Source of the DNA: Candidatus Omnitrophota bacterium
GTDB lineage: Bacteria; Omnitrophota; Omnitrophia; Omnitrophales; Aquincolibacteriaceae
Assembly (NCBI GenBank): GCA_903856085.1
Contig: CAIOAT010000042.1
Location: forward strand, 4,947 to 68,946
Length of the DNA stretch: 64,000 nucleotides
Reading direction: 5' to 3'
Positions 32,273 to 41,203 of the stretch are shown here, one piece after another. The notes under the pieces were generated by a model, which saw nothing but the letters and a program-made list of their open reading frames with translations, was not told where the DNA came from and did no database searches. A program made the position numbers and the translations under genes. Position 1 is the first letter of the stretch, and every line of letters begins with the position of its first letter.

Positions 32273-33040
32273 TCAGGTCGCCGACGTTTTTTTATCCCAA
32301 GCGAGATAACGCCGGTAACCCCAATGGAGAACCGATTCCGGAAGACATCTAAAGAACCACATTACGGCCCTCCACCAGGATGGGACATAAGCGATCCTTT
32401 TCCCTTTCTGGACGGCCTTATAGATATCCTCGGCGGCTCTTTCCGGAGAAATGATCCCAAAAAGCCCTTTGCGGCCGCGCACCATTTCGGTATCCACGAA
32501 ACCGGGACGGATATCTACAACCTTGATGGCCGTATTCGAAAACTTCTGTCGCAGGCCTTCCAAATAATTGAACATGAACGCCTTGGAGGCATTGTAAGCC
32601 GGCGAACGCCCGCTGCCGCGATGCCCCGCCACGGAGGAAATCCCAACGATGCAACCGGAACCTTTTTGCAAAAAATAATCCGCGGCCACATTGGCCATGG
32701 CGGTAAAACCAAGCACGTTCACCTTGATCATGTCTTCTTCGAGGTTCCACTGCAATTTATCGTTATGAAAAAGCACGCCGGCATTAATGATCATCAGATC
32801 CAGATCGCGCAAAGCCATGATCATATTCCGGAGGCCATGGATCGCCTCGCGGGTGTCCCGAACATCGATCTGCCGGACAAGACTTTCCCCCGGAAGCTCC
32901 TTTTGCAAGGCCTGCAATTTTTCAAGCGACCGGCCGGCCAAACCGACGATATAGCCTTCGGCCGACAGTTTCTTGGCTAACGCACGTCCGATCCCGCTAC
33001 TCGACCCGATGATAATGGCTTTTTTCTTGGAGTGATCCAT
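32273..33040 (-). CDS. short-chain dehydrogenase/reductase
   Basis: GSSSGIG, NAG, YNASK, PGFVDT. Confidence 0.9.
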   Translation of the reverse strand: MDHSKKKAIIIGSSSGIGRALAKKLSAEGYIVGLAGRSLEKLQALQKELPGESLVRQIDVRDTREAIHGLRNMIMALRDLDLMIINAGVLFHNDKLQWNLEEDMIKVNVLGFTAMANVAADYFLQKGSGCIVGISSVAGHRGSGRSPAYNASKAFMFNYLEGLRQKFSNTAIKVVDIRPGFVDTEMVRGRKGLFGIISPERAAEDIYKAVQKGKRIAYVPSWWRAVMWFFRCLPESVLHWGYRRYLAWDKKTSAT

Positions 33041-33109
33041 AGGAGATGCATTCTACCTTATATTTGGAAATCCCGAAAATGATTTGGACACAAAAAAGAC
33101 GTTACCCCC

Positions 33110-33142
33110 TGAGAAGTAACGCCATTTCCCCATACTTTTGCA
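33110..33142 (-). terminator. probable intrinsic terminator
   Basis: Minus strand GCGTTAC-N10-GTAACGT followed by CTTTTTTG. Confidence 0.55.
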
Positions 33143-33177
33143 GCCCGGAACACTTTTAAGAGTCCCGACCGACACCT

Positions 33178-33378
33178 TCACCTTTTGTTCTGATGAAGGG
33201 AAAGAAACCTCTGGATCGACCGGTCATAGGTCTTTTCGATGTCGTCTGGAAAAAAACAGGCGGGCAACTGGTCCTGACTCTTGTGGTAGGCCACACACTC
33301 GCAGCAAATCCCTTTGCGGGGACAAGGATCGTAGGAACAATTACAACGTTTCTTGTTAACCTCGATCTTGCATTCCAT
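33178..33378 (-). CDS. small Cys-rich protein (DUF6485-like)
   Basis: 66 aa with [20 protein letters not shown]...LPACFF; RBS GGGAAG. Confidence 0.8.
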   Translation of the reverse strand: MECKIEVNKKRCNCSYDPCPRKGICCECVAYHKSQDQLPACFFPDDIEKTYDRSIQRFLSLHQNKR

Positions 33379-33409
33379 GATTACTTCCCGATGCACTTTA
33401 AAAAAAGAG

Positions 33410-33484
<75 letters not shown>

Positions 33485-33629
33485 TCAACTCTTTTAAAAT
33501 TCCTAATAAAGACCAAAACTGCACTGATAAACCTTTAACTCTTAACGAGAATCAGTACGCTCCGATGAAACTTATTCTAAAAATTCACCGAAGATAATCT
33601 CGATGAATCTACGGAGGCAAAGCGCGCGG

Positions 33630-33658
33630 ATTATATCACCCTCATGAAGAGTATTCAA
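33630..33658 (-). promoter_or_regulatory. sigma70-type promoter for tRNA-Pro(CGG)
   Basis: TTGAAT-N17-TATAAT followed by a GC-rich discriminator CCGCGCGC. Confidence 0.7.
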
Positions 33659-33667
33659 TCAAAGGCA

Positions 33668-35423
33668 TTAATCATCGACCGCAAGATCTGCGGTCGCGGC
33701 CACCTGCTCTGGAGTAGGTGGGGGTGTGATTTCATGATGAGGCTGTGAGCCTTGGGTCAAAAGCGCCGCTTCCATGACCTCCTTGAACACAGGGGGCGGC
33801 AACCGTACCCCCATAATAGAGAGGCCGTGCTTCGTCCAGCACGACCACCATGGCATAACGAGGATTGTCGGCAGGAGCAAATCCCACAAAAGAAGACATG
33901 AAAGCAGAGTGAGAATAGCCTTTACCTCCGGGAAGGATCTTCTGAGCTGTACCGGTCTTCCCCCCGACCAGCACATCTGGAATCTTTGCCTTGGTCCCCG
34001 TTCCCCTTTCGACCACTTGTGTCAGAATTTCACGCATCGTCGCAGCCGTTTCGGGCTTGATCACCCTCTGCCGGATCAAAGGTTTCTTCTCTTTGATGGT
34101 CACACCTGCCGGATCCTGGATCTTGGAAACAATGTAAGGTTTTACAAGATAGCCGCCATTAGCAATCACGGACATTGCAGTCACCATTTGTAACGACGTC
34201 ACCATAACCTCTTGTCCCATGGGAATATTGTAAGGAGAAGTCTTGGACCATTGAGCCAACGGCCTCGTATACCCCGGTGCTTCTCCGGCCAAATCAATTC
34301 CGGTCGTGCCCCCGAATCCGAAACTTTTTACATAGCTTTGAAATTTCTGGGAGCCCATTTTGAGCGCGATCTTCACAGTCCCGATATTGCTCGATTTCAC
34401 GATCACTTCCATCATCGGCAGCATCCCATAGGGGTGAACATCGTGCAGCACCTTGAAGCCATAATTCCACTTACCATTCTCGCAATTGATGACCGTCTCC
34501 GGCGTCACGGTCCCATCGTTCAAGGCACCGCTCGCCGCTACGATCTTGAACACCGAACCCGGTTCATACATATCGGTGATCGCACGATTGCGCTTCGCAT
34601 CCGGCCCCGCATTGGCGTAATGATTGGGATCAAACCCGGGCTGATTGGCCATCGCCAGGATCTCACCGGTCTTGGGATCCATCACAATCGCCCAAGCGCC
34701 TTTGGCTTTCCACTGTTTAAAAGCCTGTTCAAGTGCTTTTTCCGTCAGATACTGGAGATGCTGATCGATGGTCAATACAACACGGTTTCCGTCGATCACA
34801 GGCAAGCTTTTAATTTCGAAAGCCTTGATCTCTCGTCCTTTGGCATCACGCTGGGTCACACGCTTGCCGGGTTTCCCGCGAAGATCGCCATCCAAGGATC
34901 GCTCGATCCCCTCCACTCCCTGATTGTCTACAGTGGAAAATCCAAGCACCTGAGCAAGCATCGTTCCTTGGGGATAGAACCGCTTGTATTCTTCCAAAAT
35001 ACCCAGCTCGGGACACTCGAGCTTCTTGATCTTTTCAGACTCCTCAAAAGTGACGCGCCGCTTGATCCATACGAACGATTTATCCCGACTCAATCGTTCC
35101 GTCACCCACTTCCGGTCAAGCCCCAAGATGTTCGCAATCTCACGGCTGAGGTCTGCACGGTCCTCGTCCTTCAAGGCGCGCGGTATCGCGTAGATGGAGG
35201 GGATCTTGAGATTGGCGACAAACTCTTTCCCATTACGATCCGTAATAGGACCTCGCATGGGAGATACATCGATCGTCAAATAGTGTTGGCGATGCGCCAG
35301 AGCAAGAAGTGAAGACTGATGGAGCCAGGTCAGCTGAAGGATTTGATAAATAACGAGACAAAAAAGAACGAGCAGAACGATATAGAGGAACCAGAACCGA
35401 CGCGGCGAAAGCAACGCACGCAT
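33668..35423 (-). CDS. ftsI: cell division penicillin-binding protein (PBP3), with an apparent +1 frameshift near the 3' end
   Basis: EPGSVFK, SSN, KTGTAQK; ...GGTVAAP continues as VFKEVME... in another frame across the run at 33792-33796. Confidence 0.9.
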
Positions 35424-35426
35424 TTT

Positions 35427-35819
35427 TTAGGAGGAGAGATCGGTCTTGGCCTGGGCCGTTTGAATCCACCGGCCAAGAAAACTCGTAACCTCGGAAGAAA
35501 AAGTACGCGCGACCTTTTGTTCCGATGTCGCGGGAATAACAAGCTCGGAGACGGGTGGAACTTCCACCACCTGGATCTTGTTAGGAAGCGCCAAACCCAT
35601 ATCGTGACGTTTCATTTTTTCTTCAAGAAGGCGGGGGGCCCTCAACTGGTCGACCTTGAACTGGAATCTTCGGAGCAGTTCTTGCTTTTCGGCAAAAGCA
35701 CGCGAGCTCTTTTGTATATCAAATGAGACTAAAACGGAGGAGACCTGAAGATGCACATAAAAAAGCATCGAGCAGGTCAGAGTCGCTATCAGAATTAATA
35801 TTTTTCCGCTGCCTCTCAT
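35427..35819 (-). CDS. ftsL: FtsL-like cell division protein
   Basis: N-terminal TM plus coiled coil ending LRAPRLLEE; between rsmH and ftsI. Confidence 0.65.
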   Translation of the reverse strand: MRGSGKILILIATLTCSMLFYVHLQVSSVLVSFDIQKSSRAFAEKQELLRRFQFKVDQLRAPRLLEEKMKRHDMGLALPNKIQVVEVPPVSELVIPATSEQKVARTFSSEVTSFLGRWIQTAQAKTDLSS

Positions 35820-36724
35820 GATGTTTTCTCGATCACTCTCAGTTTGGCGCTTCTCGCTCTTGGATTATTCAATATTTCAGAACGGTTTGCAACCATTGGT
35901 TTGCGAAAAATTAAATTCCCACGTTCTTCGTCGTCCCATTTCCGGAACTGTTGTTTCACAATCCGGTCCTCAACCGAATGAAAGCTGATAATGCCAAGCC
36001 GTCCGGCTTTCTTCAGATGCTCAAACGCGACCGTCATGCCTTCCTTGAGCGCCTCTAGCTCATCATTCACCCCTATCCGGAGAGCTTGAAACACTTTAGT
36101 CGCCGGATGACGCCGCGCCCATGAAGGTCTTTGCCCTTTCTTGAATCGCATATGGGGGGGCAGCGCCTGTTCCAATGCCTGGTTGAGATCTTCGATAGTC
36201 TGGATGGGTTGTTGGCGCCGCCTTTCGACGATCACGCGGGCAAAACGCCGTGATTTGTGCTCTTCTCCGTAGTGATAAAAAAGATCCGCCAGCTCAACCT
36301 CGGACATTTGAGCAAGCAGCTCTGAGGCTTTAAGACCGACTTCCGGGTTCATCCGCATATCCAATTCCCCTTCCGTTTGGAAACTGAAACCGCGCTTCCC
36401 ATCCGCCAACTGTTCCGACGACGTCCCGATATCCAATAGCACCGCATCGAATGCTGCTACTTCCAATCCCGAAAAGACCTTCTTCAAATTCCTGAAGTTC
36501 TCGTGTACCAACGTAACCCGCGGATCTCCTCGAAACAACATCTGACATCTTGCGATTGCTTCAGGGTCCTGATCAAATCCGATCAATTTCCCCGAGGGAC
36601 CTATTTTCTCGAGAATCGCCTCCGAGTGCCCCCCACTCCCGAGCGTCCCATCCATCACCACAGCACCGGGTCTTAACGCTAAATGCTCAAGGACTTCTTG
36701 TAAAAGAACGGGCTTATGACGCAA
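35816..36724 (-). CDS. rsmH: 16S rRNA m4C1402 methyltransferase
   Basis: HKPVLL.E, GTLGSGGHS, RGFSF, LDMRM, NPRARSAKLR. Confidence 0.97.
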   Translation of the reverse strand: MRHKPVLLQEVLEHLALRPGAVVMDGTLGSGGHSEAILEKIGPSGKLIGFDQDPEAIARCQMLFRGDPRVTLVHENFRNLKKVFSGLEVAAFDAVLLDIGTSSEQLADGKRGFSFQTEGELDMRMNPEVGLKASELLAQMSEVELADLFYHYGEEHKSRRFARVIVERRRQQPIQTIEDLNQALEQALPPHMRFKKGQRPSWARRHPATKVFQALRIGVNDELEALKEGMTVAFEHLKKAGRLGIISFHSVEDRIVKQQFRKWDDEERGNLIFRKPMVANRSEILNNPRARSAKLRVIEKTS

Positions 36725-37052
36725 AACTAAGAATCGCCTCTTCTTCCGTCGAATAACTTTCCATCAAACCATTGACCCCGATCATCTGGAGGGTCCTTTC
36801 TACTTCAGGACGCAAGTTGCACAATTTGATGTCCCCTTTTTGTTCGCGCACCTTACGCAAGCGGTCCACCAAAATACCAACACCCGCCAATTCCACATGT
36901 TTCGTATCTTTCAGATCCAGCAAAAGACGCTTGTGGTTCCTGTTGAGCAAACGGTTCATACGACCTTTCATTTTGATCATGCTAAGAGCGTCGAGATCTC
37001 CGTTGAAACGCAACACGTCCACTCCAACCTTCGTCCTGGCGTGATAGACCAT
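36714..37052 (-). CDS. STAS-domain protein (SpoIIAA/RsbV fold) lacking the phospho-acceptor Ser
   Basis: FNGDLD, LLLDLKDTKHVELAGVGILV, GDIKLCNL; RBS AGGAG. Confidence 0.85.
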   Translation of the reverse strand: MVYHARTKVGVDVLRFNGDLDALSMIKMKGRMNRLLNRNHKRLLLDLKDTKHVELAGVGILVDRLRKVREQKGDIKLCNLRPEVERTLQMIGVNGLMESYSTEEEAILSFAS

Positions 37053-37065
37053 AATGGCTCCTTTT

Positions 37066-37503
37066 CTATTCCGATGCTAATTTTTCTGCGAGTTCTTCAA
37101 AATGGTTCTTATGATGATCAAAAAAGCCCTGCCATTTTTCTTTCGCCCAAATTTCAATACGACTTGATACACCGACGATCATGACCTCCGCCTTAATGTC
37201 GGCATAGGTCTTGAGATAATCCGGGATGAGAATCCTCCCCTGCTTGTCGCAAACAACTTCCGAAGCGCCCGAGAAAAAAAGCCGATTGAAGGTTCTGGAT
37301 TCGGCTTTAGTGAAAGGCATATCGCGAAACTTTTTTTCTTCCGTCTTCCATTGTTCTTCTGTGAAGACAAACAAGCATTGATCAAGACCGCGTGTAATGA
37401 AGAATCGTTCCACGTAACGTTCCTTGAAGATCTCTCGGAACTTGGCGGGGATCATCACGCGACTTTTTGTATCGATCACATGTTCGAATTCACCGTAAAA
37501 CAT
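37066..37503 (-). CDS. mraZ: division/cell wall cluster repressor MraZ
   Basis: MFYGEFEHVIDTKSRVMIPAKFR, DKQGRILIP, RIEIW. Confidence 0.97.
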   Translation of the reverse strand: MFYGEFEHVIDTKSRVMIPAKFREIFKERYVERFFITRGLDQCLFVFTEEQWKTEEKKFRDMPFTKAESRTFNRLFFSGASEVVCDKQGRILIPDYLKTYADIKAEVMIVGVSSRIEIWAKEKWQGFFDHHKNHFEELAEKLASE

Positions 37504-37524
37504 GGATTCTCTTTCCTTTCAGGG

Positions 37525-37554
37525 TTCCCACTCTCTACCACTTTCCCCCACTTT
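37525..37554 (-). promoter_or_regulatory. MraZ operator: three GTGG boxes at 10-bp spacing
   Basis: Minus strand AAAGTGGGGG-AAAGTGGTAG-AGAGTGGGAA between the promoter and the mraZ start. Confidence 0.85.
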
Positions 37555-37566
37555 ATTATCGGCGGT

Positions 37567-37595
37567 AGTATATCTTTCCCTTAATATCGTGTCAA
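37567..37595 (-). promoter_or_regulatory. sigma70-type promoter of the dcw operon
   Basis: TTGACA-N17-TATACT. Confidence 0.85.
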
Positions 37596-37764
37596 CATTC
37601 ATTTTAATTGGGAATCTCTCAAACAAAGGCACCTCTTATCCAGAGCACTCCCCTATAGGAGACAGCAGAGCGATGAGACAAGAAATGATGGGTTCCAGAT
37701 GGGGTAAGACAGTCTGGGCATAGCTTGGGGATAAAAGGCAGCGAACGGTTAAAACGGGAGAAAA

Positions 37765-38481
37765 CTAATTTTCGAAATAGAGAATGCGGGAGCAGTTCTC
37801 ACAAACAATAATCTGTTCACCCAAGCGGATTTCATTGATAAGCTGAGGACGCAGCTTCATCTGGCACGCAGCACAAACCTCACCGCTCACAACGGCGAGA
37901 GCAAGCCCCTGCTTCTTCAGAGCGATCCGGCTGTAAAGCTCTCCGAGCTCGGGCGGCAATTGCGCAACGGATTCTTCGCGTTGCTTTTTTAAATCCGCAA
38001 GGCGCCCCTGCAAGCTCTTTTCCTGACCGACCATTTCGTTGTCTCGGTCCTGAAAAGACTTGGTGATAGATGCGAACTTTTCTTTTTCTTTACGAGCCTC
38101 TTCTTTAGCCGCATCCACTTCATCAAAAATATGGATAATCCCTTCCTCGAGAAGTGAATTATCGGCCTTGAGCGAAGCGATCTCTTGTTGCAGCGCGGCG
38201 TATTCCTTATTCGTTTTTATCTGCGATAATTGCCCGTCAAGTTTTTTGATCTGAATCTCTTTTTGAGCAAGCTCCAGCTCCTTTTCCTTCAGTTTCAATT
38301 GAATATCTTTGAGGGATTTTTCCAACTCATTAGAGCGAATCTTTTCGAGCTCCAGTTCGGATTTGAGCTGGGCTCTCTCGGAGGGGATCTCTTCCAGGAG
38401 CAAATGGGCGCGATGAATCTCACTGTCCAATTGCTGGGCTTTTTTCAGGACATCGAGATTCTGGGTAATGGGACTTAGCAT
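37765..38481 (-). CDS. coiled-coil protein with C4 zinc ribbon (DUF164/CT398-like)
   Basis: KTNKEYAALQQEI hairpin; C-terminal CAAC...CENCSRILY. Confidence 0.9.
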   Translation of the reverse strand: MLSPITQNLDVLKKAQQLDSEIHRAHLLLEEIPSERAQLKSELELEKIRSNELEKSLKDIQLKLKEKELELAQKEIQIKKLDGQLSQIKTNKEYAALQQEIASLKADNSLLEEGIIHIFDEVDAAKEEARKEKEKFASITKSFQDRDNEMVGQEKSLQGRLADLKKQREESVAQLPPELGELYSRIALKKQGLALAVVSGEVCAACQMKLRPQLINEIRLGEQIIVCENCSRILYFEN

Positions 38482-38556
38482 AAGTGGGGAGATTATAGAA
38501 GAGATGGCAGACACCATCAAGGACGAAATACAGCGAGCTTGTCCGGGAGAGGGGTC

Positions 38557-39093
38557 TTAGATCCGATGCAAAGCCAGAGACAATTCTGCAAGACCCGAGA
38601 TTTCCTCTGACGTCAGGCGAGCACTCTGCAAAAAACTACTCGAAGAAGCATGACGGTGGGAGGGCGCCTCCCCATCGGGGCTAGGGCTTGGAACATGCAT
38701 CGAAGAAGGGATCCATTTACAGATCCGGACGCCGAGTTTTTCTTTATCCGCACCACAAAGGCCCCCATATTCAAAAAAGCTCAAACGATCACTGAAACCG
38801 TTCATCCTGAAAATCTGCTGGCGGTCCAATTCCGGATAGAAAAGGTAGAGCACCGCGTCATGGGACATCAGCACCCAAAGTTTCTTAATTTCCCGCTGCA
38901 ACTCTTCCACGGAAAAATCCCTCATTGACCGATAAAAGATACGCACCCAAACTTGCGCATCTTTACTTTTAAAAAGAAACGGAGTGCCATTCACATCTTC
39001 GAGAATTACTTTATCCGCGTGAAGCTCCTGAATGGACAAACGAATCGATTGGAATATCTCCTGACGGACAACGCGCTCTTGGGTCGCTATCAT
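38557..39093 (-). CDS. hypothetical protein, third gene of the ParA-CBM48 unit
   Basis: ATGA overlap with the upstream stop; no recognisable family motif. Confidence 0.65.
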   Translation of the reverse strand: MIATQERVVRQEIFQSIRLSIQELHADKVILEDVNGTPFLFKSKDAQVWVRIFYRSMRDFSVEELQREIKKLWVLMSHDAVLYLFYPELDRQQIFRMNGFSDRLSFFEYGGLCGADKEKLGVRICKWIPSSMHVPSPSPDGEAPSHRHASSSSFLQSARLTSEEISGLAELSLALHRI

Positions 39094-39902
39094 CGTGATA
39101 CCTCTACGGGGGCGCTGGCCTGCGTTTTTCTCTCTAAAGATTCGATCCAGCCAGCCAGCACGAACTTCGGAAGACTGGGCTTTGCATTCCAATGCTGATA
39201 TTTCAATGGCTCTGTGTGAAGAGCTGCCGAGAAATGCCGCGCAGGGTCTGCAAGGTCCATCCACCCTAACCATCCAAGATGAGTGTCAAGATGCTTGTAC
39301 GCAAAATCCGAGAACCGATCGAAGACCATGACGCCCTTCGCTTCCTCTGCCTTTCCGGACAGAGTGATGTGAAATTCGAGTTGCGGGTTAAGCGCGAGTC
39401 CGATCTTCATCATCTTGTAACCTTCCGTCAAGGATTCAGCCGTGGGTTTTAACAATAGCACCCATTTATCTAGCAGAGAAACGGCCTTTTCAAAGTGAAG
39501 AAGGTGACGATACTCGAAATCCAGAAAAATATCCCGGCTCTGCAGCACTCCCTCGGCTCGAGACGAGAAAGGCTCGCTGATAAGATCGCGAAGCTCATCC
39601 CAATAAAGGCAATACCTCTCAAGACGGTCCCCAAACGATTCTGGCATACCCTGCCCAGATCCAGAAGAAACCTTGGCATAACGCGATAAAACACTGAGGA
39701 GAGAACATGGTTTATCGGGAGACGCGATCTGCGAAGCAAAGAATGTGTTCAAAAGGAGCGAATCTCCATCGCAGTCTGGACTCGAAACCCCCACCACCTG
39801 AACTTCGGGAGAACGAAGGCCCGGGACTTCTCCGGGAACCGCGCTAAAAAGAGGCGAGATATCCCTCAACCCACGAACAAGTTTTTTAGGATCGTCTATC
39901 AT
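39090..39902 (-). CDS. FlhG/MinD-fold protein with degenerate Walker A
   Basis: TGATG overlap with the ParA stop; PTAESLTEGYKMMK and VFDRFSDFAYKHLDTHLGWLG resemble FlhG/FleN segments; P-loop position reads SPDCDGDS. Confidence 0.65.
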   Translation of the reverse strand: MIDDPKKLVRGLRDISPLFSAVPGEVPGLRSPEVQVVGVSSPDCDGDSLLLNTFFASQIASPDKPCSLLSVLSRYAKVSSGSGQGMPESFGDRLERYCLYWDELRDLISEPFSSRAEGVLQSRDIFLDFEYRHLLHFEKAVSLLDKWVLLLKPTAESLTEGYKMMKIGLALNPQLEFHITLSGKAEEAKGVMVFDRFSDFAYKHLDTHLGWLGWMDLADPARHFSAALHTEPLKYQHWNAKPSLPKFVLAGWIESLERKTQASAPVEVSR

Positions 39903-41002
39903 CAGGCAAACTCCATGTACGAATCGACGCCGCCATAGGCATTTTCTTTCTGCGTCGGCTGGCTTGGATCCACCTGCCACTCTCCGTCCACAATAAACTT
40001 GTAACGGAACGTCTTGAGCTCCACTGAAATAACCTTCTGCCAAAGCCCATCCTGATTACGGCGAACGAGGGGCTCCGGAACCCAGTGATTGAAATCTCCG
40101 GCGATTTCCACCGAAGACGCTGTTTTACTCGAAAACTGGAAAAGGATCCCATCGGAGATCTGACGCGGTCCAAAATGGTTCTTAAAGACCTGCTCCCAAC
40201 CGAGCTCTTTTTCCGGAAGTTTCCGATTCCAATCTCGCTCCAGATATTCTACTGCGAGATTCAGATAATCCTGAAAAGCCAGCGATTGGGGCGCATATTG
40301 AACAATGCTCTGTCCTGCAGCTGCCGCTTCCTTCAGACTGACATGTTCATGAATGATCGTCGTGAAAAGCCGGTTCTGGAAATGAGCTTTCACTTCGTCA
40401 TAGATCTCGTGAGAAAAATTTACTTCGGAATTGAAAAGCGTCAACAGCGCATGAACGGCAAGAGGCACTTCCCGGCTCCGGTTTACGACCTGGAGGGTCT
40501 CCGAGATCTTCGCAAGCCCGTGAAGTGAGAAAAAAGACGGCTCAACCGGAACCACGACCTCATCGGCCGCATTTAAGGCATTCCAGGTGAGGATTCCGAG
40601 ATTAGGCGGACAGTCCAGAACTACAACGTCATAATGGCGCTGATCTTCACAAATCCGATTCAGAAGATCGCGGAGCTTGAGATGGTAATTGGGCATAAAC
40701 CCGAATTCTTCTTCAAGCGCATTCAAGCTGGCATTACATGGGATAAGATCAAAATCGGGTTTCAGACTCCGAATAACTTGAGAGAAAGGCGGAACGATAC
40801 GCTGAAGCGGGCTTAAAAGATCATAAAGGGTCAACATCCCCTTCTGGGTCTTGATCCCCAACCCAATCGTGGAATGCCCCTGCGGGTCCAAATCGATCAC
40901 GAGAACTTTCTTCTGCAGAAAATTCAGACACGCTGAGAAATTGATGCTGGTCGTGGTCTTCCCACACCCGCCTTTTTGGTTCGCAATAGCGATAATTCTC
41001 AA
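39902..41002 (-). CDS. ParA/Soj-family ATPase fused to a C-terminal CBM48 (AMPK-beta-type glycogen-binding) domain
   Basis: NQKGGCGKTT, DLDPQG, DCPP; C-terminal VEIAGDFNHW...YKFIVDGEW..DP...N.YGG.DS; TTG start with AGGAG RBS. Confidence 0.9.
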   Translation of the reverse strand: MRIIAIANQKGGCGKTTTSINFSACLNFLQKKVLVIDLDPQGHSTIGLGIKTQKGMLTLYDLLSPLQRIVPPFSQVIRSLKPDFDLIPCNASLNALEEEFGFMPNYHLKLRDLLNRICEDQRHYDVVVLDCPPNLGILTWNALNAADEVVVPVEPSFFSLHGLAKISETLQVVNRSREVPLAVHALLTLFNSEVNFSHEIYDEVKAHFQNRLFTTIIHEHVSLKEAAAAGQSIVQYAPQSLAFQDYLNLAVEYLERDWNRKLPEKELGWEQVFKNHFGPRQISDGILFQFSSKTASSVEIAGDFNHWVPEPLVRRNQDGLWQKVISVELKTFRYKFIVDGEWQVDPSQPTQKENAYGGVDSYMEFA

Positions 41003-41203
41003 AAAGATAGTCTCCTTGAATTGAAAATAGTTGGTGTTAATGTAACGGCTTCGCTTAGTAAAGCTTTATAGTAATGAAAGCGCCCTGAGAGAGATCAAAA
41101 TGTCAGGGAGAAGATCGGCAAGAAAAGCGATAAAACCGGAACTGCTTTAGTAAGATCAATAGCTGCAGAAGACTTATCGGACGGAGAAAACGGATCTCGC
41201 TGT

